From assembly GCA_003971905.1 (NCBI GenBank), contig RSEE01000005.1:682001-746000 (forward strand): a DNA stretch of 64,000 nucleotides. Direction: 5' to 3'. Source of the DNA: Moniliella sp. 'wahieum'. Lineage: Eukaryota. Shown here piece after piece: positions 62,401 to 64,000 of this stretch. Made by a program: the position numbers and the translations under genes. The first letter of the stretch is position 1, and each line of letters starts with the position of its first letter. The notes beneath the pieces are model-generated. The model made no database searches. It was not told the origin of the DNA and was given only the letters and a program-made list of their open reading frames with translations.

Positions 62401-63379
62401 GGCGGAGGGGGGGGGGTCAGGAGGGGAGGAGGCAGGACGGCAGGCAGACGAGGGAAGGCAGAGGGGCAGGGGGCGTACGAAAGCGAAGGGCGGGGGAGGA
62501 GAGAGAGCGGAGGCGGGAGGCGGAGGTGGAGGTGGAGGAGGAGGAGGAGAAAAAGAGGGGGAGGTGTTATCGGGGCTGCTCAGCGGGGGCGGGGCGCTGG
62601 TTCGAGGGGCCAGGCGACCTGCCGTCTGGGCCACAGCCGGCCGGCTGAGGAGAGCCTGCGACTGCGTTGGTGAGTGCCTGGCGGAGGCCGCGTCAGCGCG
62701 CCAGCCTCAGCCCGACGCCACACATTAGGTCAGCACCCCCCTCACTCGTCACTTGTCCATGCCACTCGCCGGCTGTTCCTGAGCCCTGCAGCACGGCGCC
62801 AGTGTGTCTCCCTGCATGTCCCACATGACATCATCGCCATGGCGATCTTCCGTCTTCGCCATCATTCGTCAGCGTCATGCATCATTCACGCACGCCTCGC
62901 CTCAGCGCCTTGCGCTGGCCTCCATCACCGATCCGCCTCGTTCAGCCATTCGGCCCTTTCAGTCGGCGTACTCAGATCCTCAGAATGCACTCCATTCTGA
63001 ACTCGGTCTGAGTCTTGCATATTCCACCGTTTTTCTCCGCAGCTTCACCCGTCACGGCACTATACTGCCTTGGCCAGTTTCGGCCACTTTTTCGGCAGGC
63101 TTCGGCCGTTGCTTCGAGACCATTGAGGTGGTGCGCTCTCTTGCTTGATCTTGTGCGCCTTTTGCCAACTCATGTCCGACATCAACGTTCAACGTTCAAC
63201 CCATACACTGCCATGCTGCGCATGCTATGGGTCCTATCATAGTGGCAATAGCTACTCCGCATAGACCAATCGCATCTCAGATCTCTCACACCCATCCTCT
63301 AGGAGCCCCCCGGCGCGATATAGAAGCACTAAACATTTGGCAGTAGGCCATGGCTCGAATCAGTAGTTACTCGTTGCCA

Positions 63380-64000
63380 CTAGTCGTCGGCAACCCGAGG
63401 GTACACCCTACTCTGGGCCGCCTTGTACTGCTCCCGCACCACCGGCGACGCCACCGGCTGGAGAATGGTGTCTGTCGGCGTCACCCACTTGGGTGCGAGC
63501 CGAGCAGAACCCAAGCCGCCTGCACTGCACCTCCACGGGCCACATACTCCCCTGGGGTAGGCACCTGGATCGGGGCGTCAAACACGTGACGCGCCACCTG
63601 CTGCACGGCCTTGTTCGACGCCGCTCCACCAATCAGGACCATACGACGTGCCTCGACGCCTCTTTGATCAGCGCCGCCACGCCTGCAGCGAACAGAGTAG
63701 ACCCTCGACGTAGGCCCGGGCCAGGTTGGCGCGCGTACAGTTGGTTTGAGTCATCCCCATCAAAGAGGCGGTAGCGTCTGGCAAGTTCGGCGTCCGCTCT
63801 CCGACAAAATAAGGGATAAGTGTCAGTCCCGCCGCGCCCGGCGGCGCTTGCAAGGCGAGATGGGCCAGTTGCTCCACATCCACGCCCAGGAGCTCACACC
63901 CAGCTCGCAAGATCAAGGCGCCATTCAACGTGCAGACCAAGGGAAGCACTCGTCCATCTGCAGCACAGAACCCAGCAACGGTGCCGGTGGCATCAGACGG
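63380..64000 (-). CDS. xylB: Bacterial-type xylulokinase (FGGY family), 3' part; gene continues beyond the window
   Basis: DATGTVAGFCAADGRVLPLVCTLNG, PYFVGERTPNLPDATASLMG, NLARAYVEG, VLIGGAASNKAV, VPTPGEYVARGGAVQAAWV, PVVREQY; stop at 63380. Confidence 0.85.

Overview
GC-rich, intron-poor eukaryotic DNA. It is fungal and most likely a basidiomycete (Ustilaginomycotina-like; inferred from gene content, GT..CTRAC..YAG introns and intron-bearing tRNAs). Nearly every gene carries several 1-bp frameshifts, which looks like unpolished long-read consensus, so CDS coordinates are hand-joined gene spans. Recognisable genes: a tandem Myb/SANT-like protein, Ohr peroxidase, SCY1, an SHD1/NPF protein, PMT4, RSE1/SF3B3, STE24, FIG4, a WOPR (Gti1/Wor1-type) transcription factor, CDC55, a REG1-like protein, eIF2-gamma, a MAM3/CNNM protein, a GNAT acetyltransferase, a GAS2/GAR protein, a ubiquitin-like/AN1 zinc finger and the 3' part of a bacterial-type xylulokinase. 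There are three tRNA genes (Ala-AGC, Arg-ACG, Cys-GCA). Mobile DNA comprises a CMC (EnSpm/Plavaka-like) DNA transposon relic at about 36.1-40.4 kb and two ~120-bp LTR-like copies, one followed by a 28-nt tRNA-complementary primer-binding site. The most striking unexplained signal is an intergenic sequence pattern: short period-7 arrays made of a 6-bp palindrome A-XY-Y'X'-T plus one spacer base. I found 12 of the 16 possible such palindromes, concentrated in long upstream regions (especially before the WOPR gene) and seen by eye only outside coding sequence.
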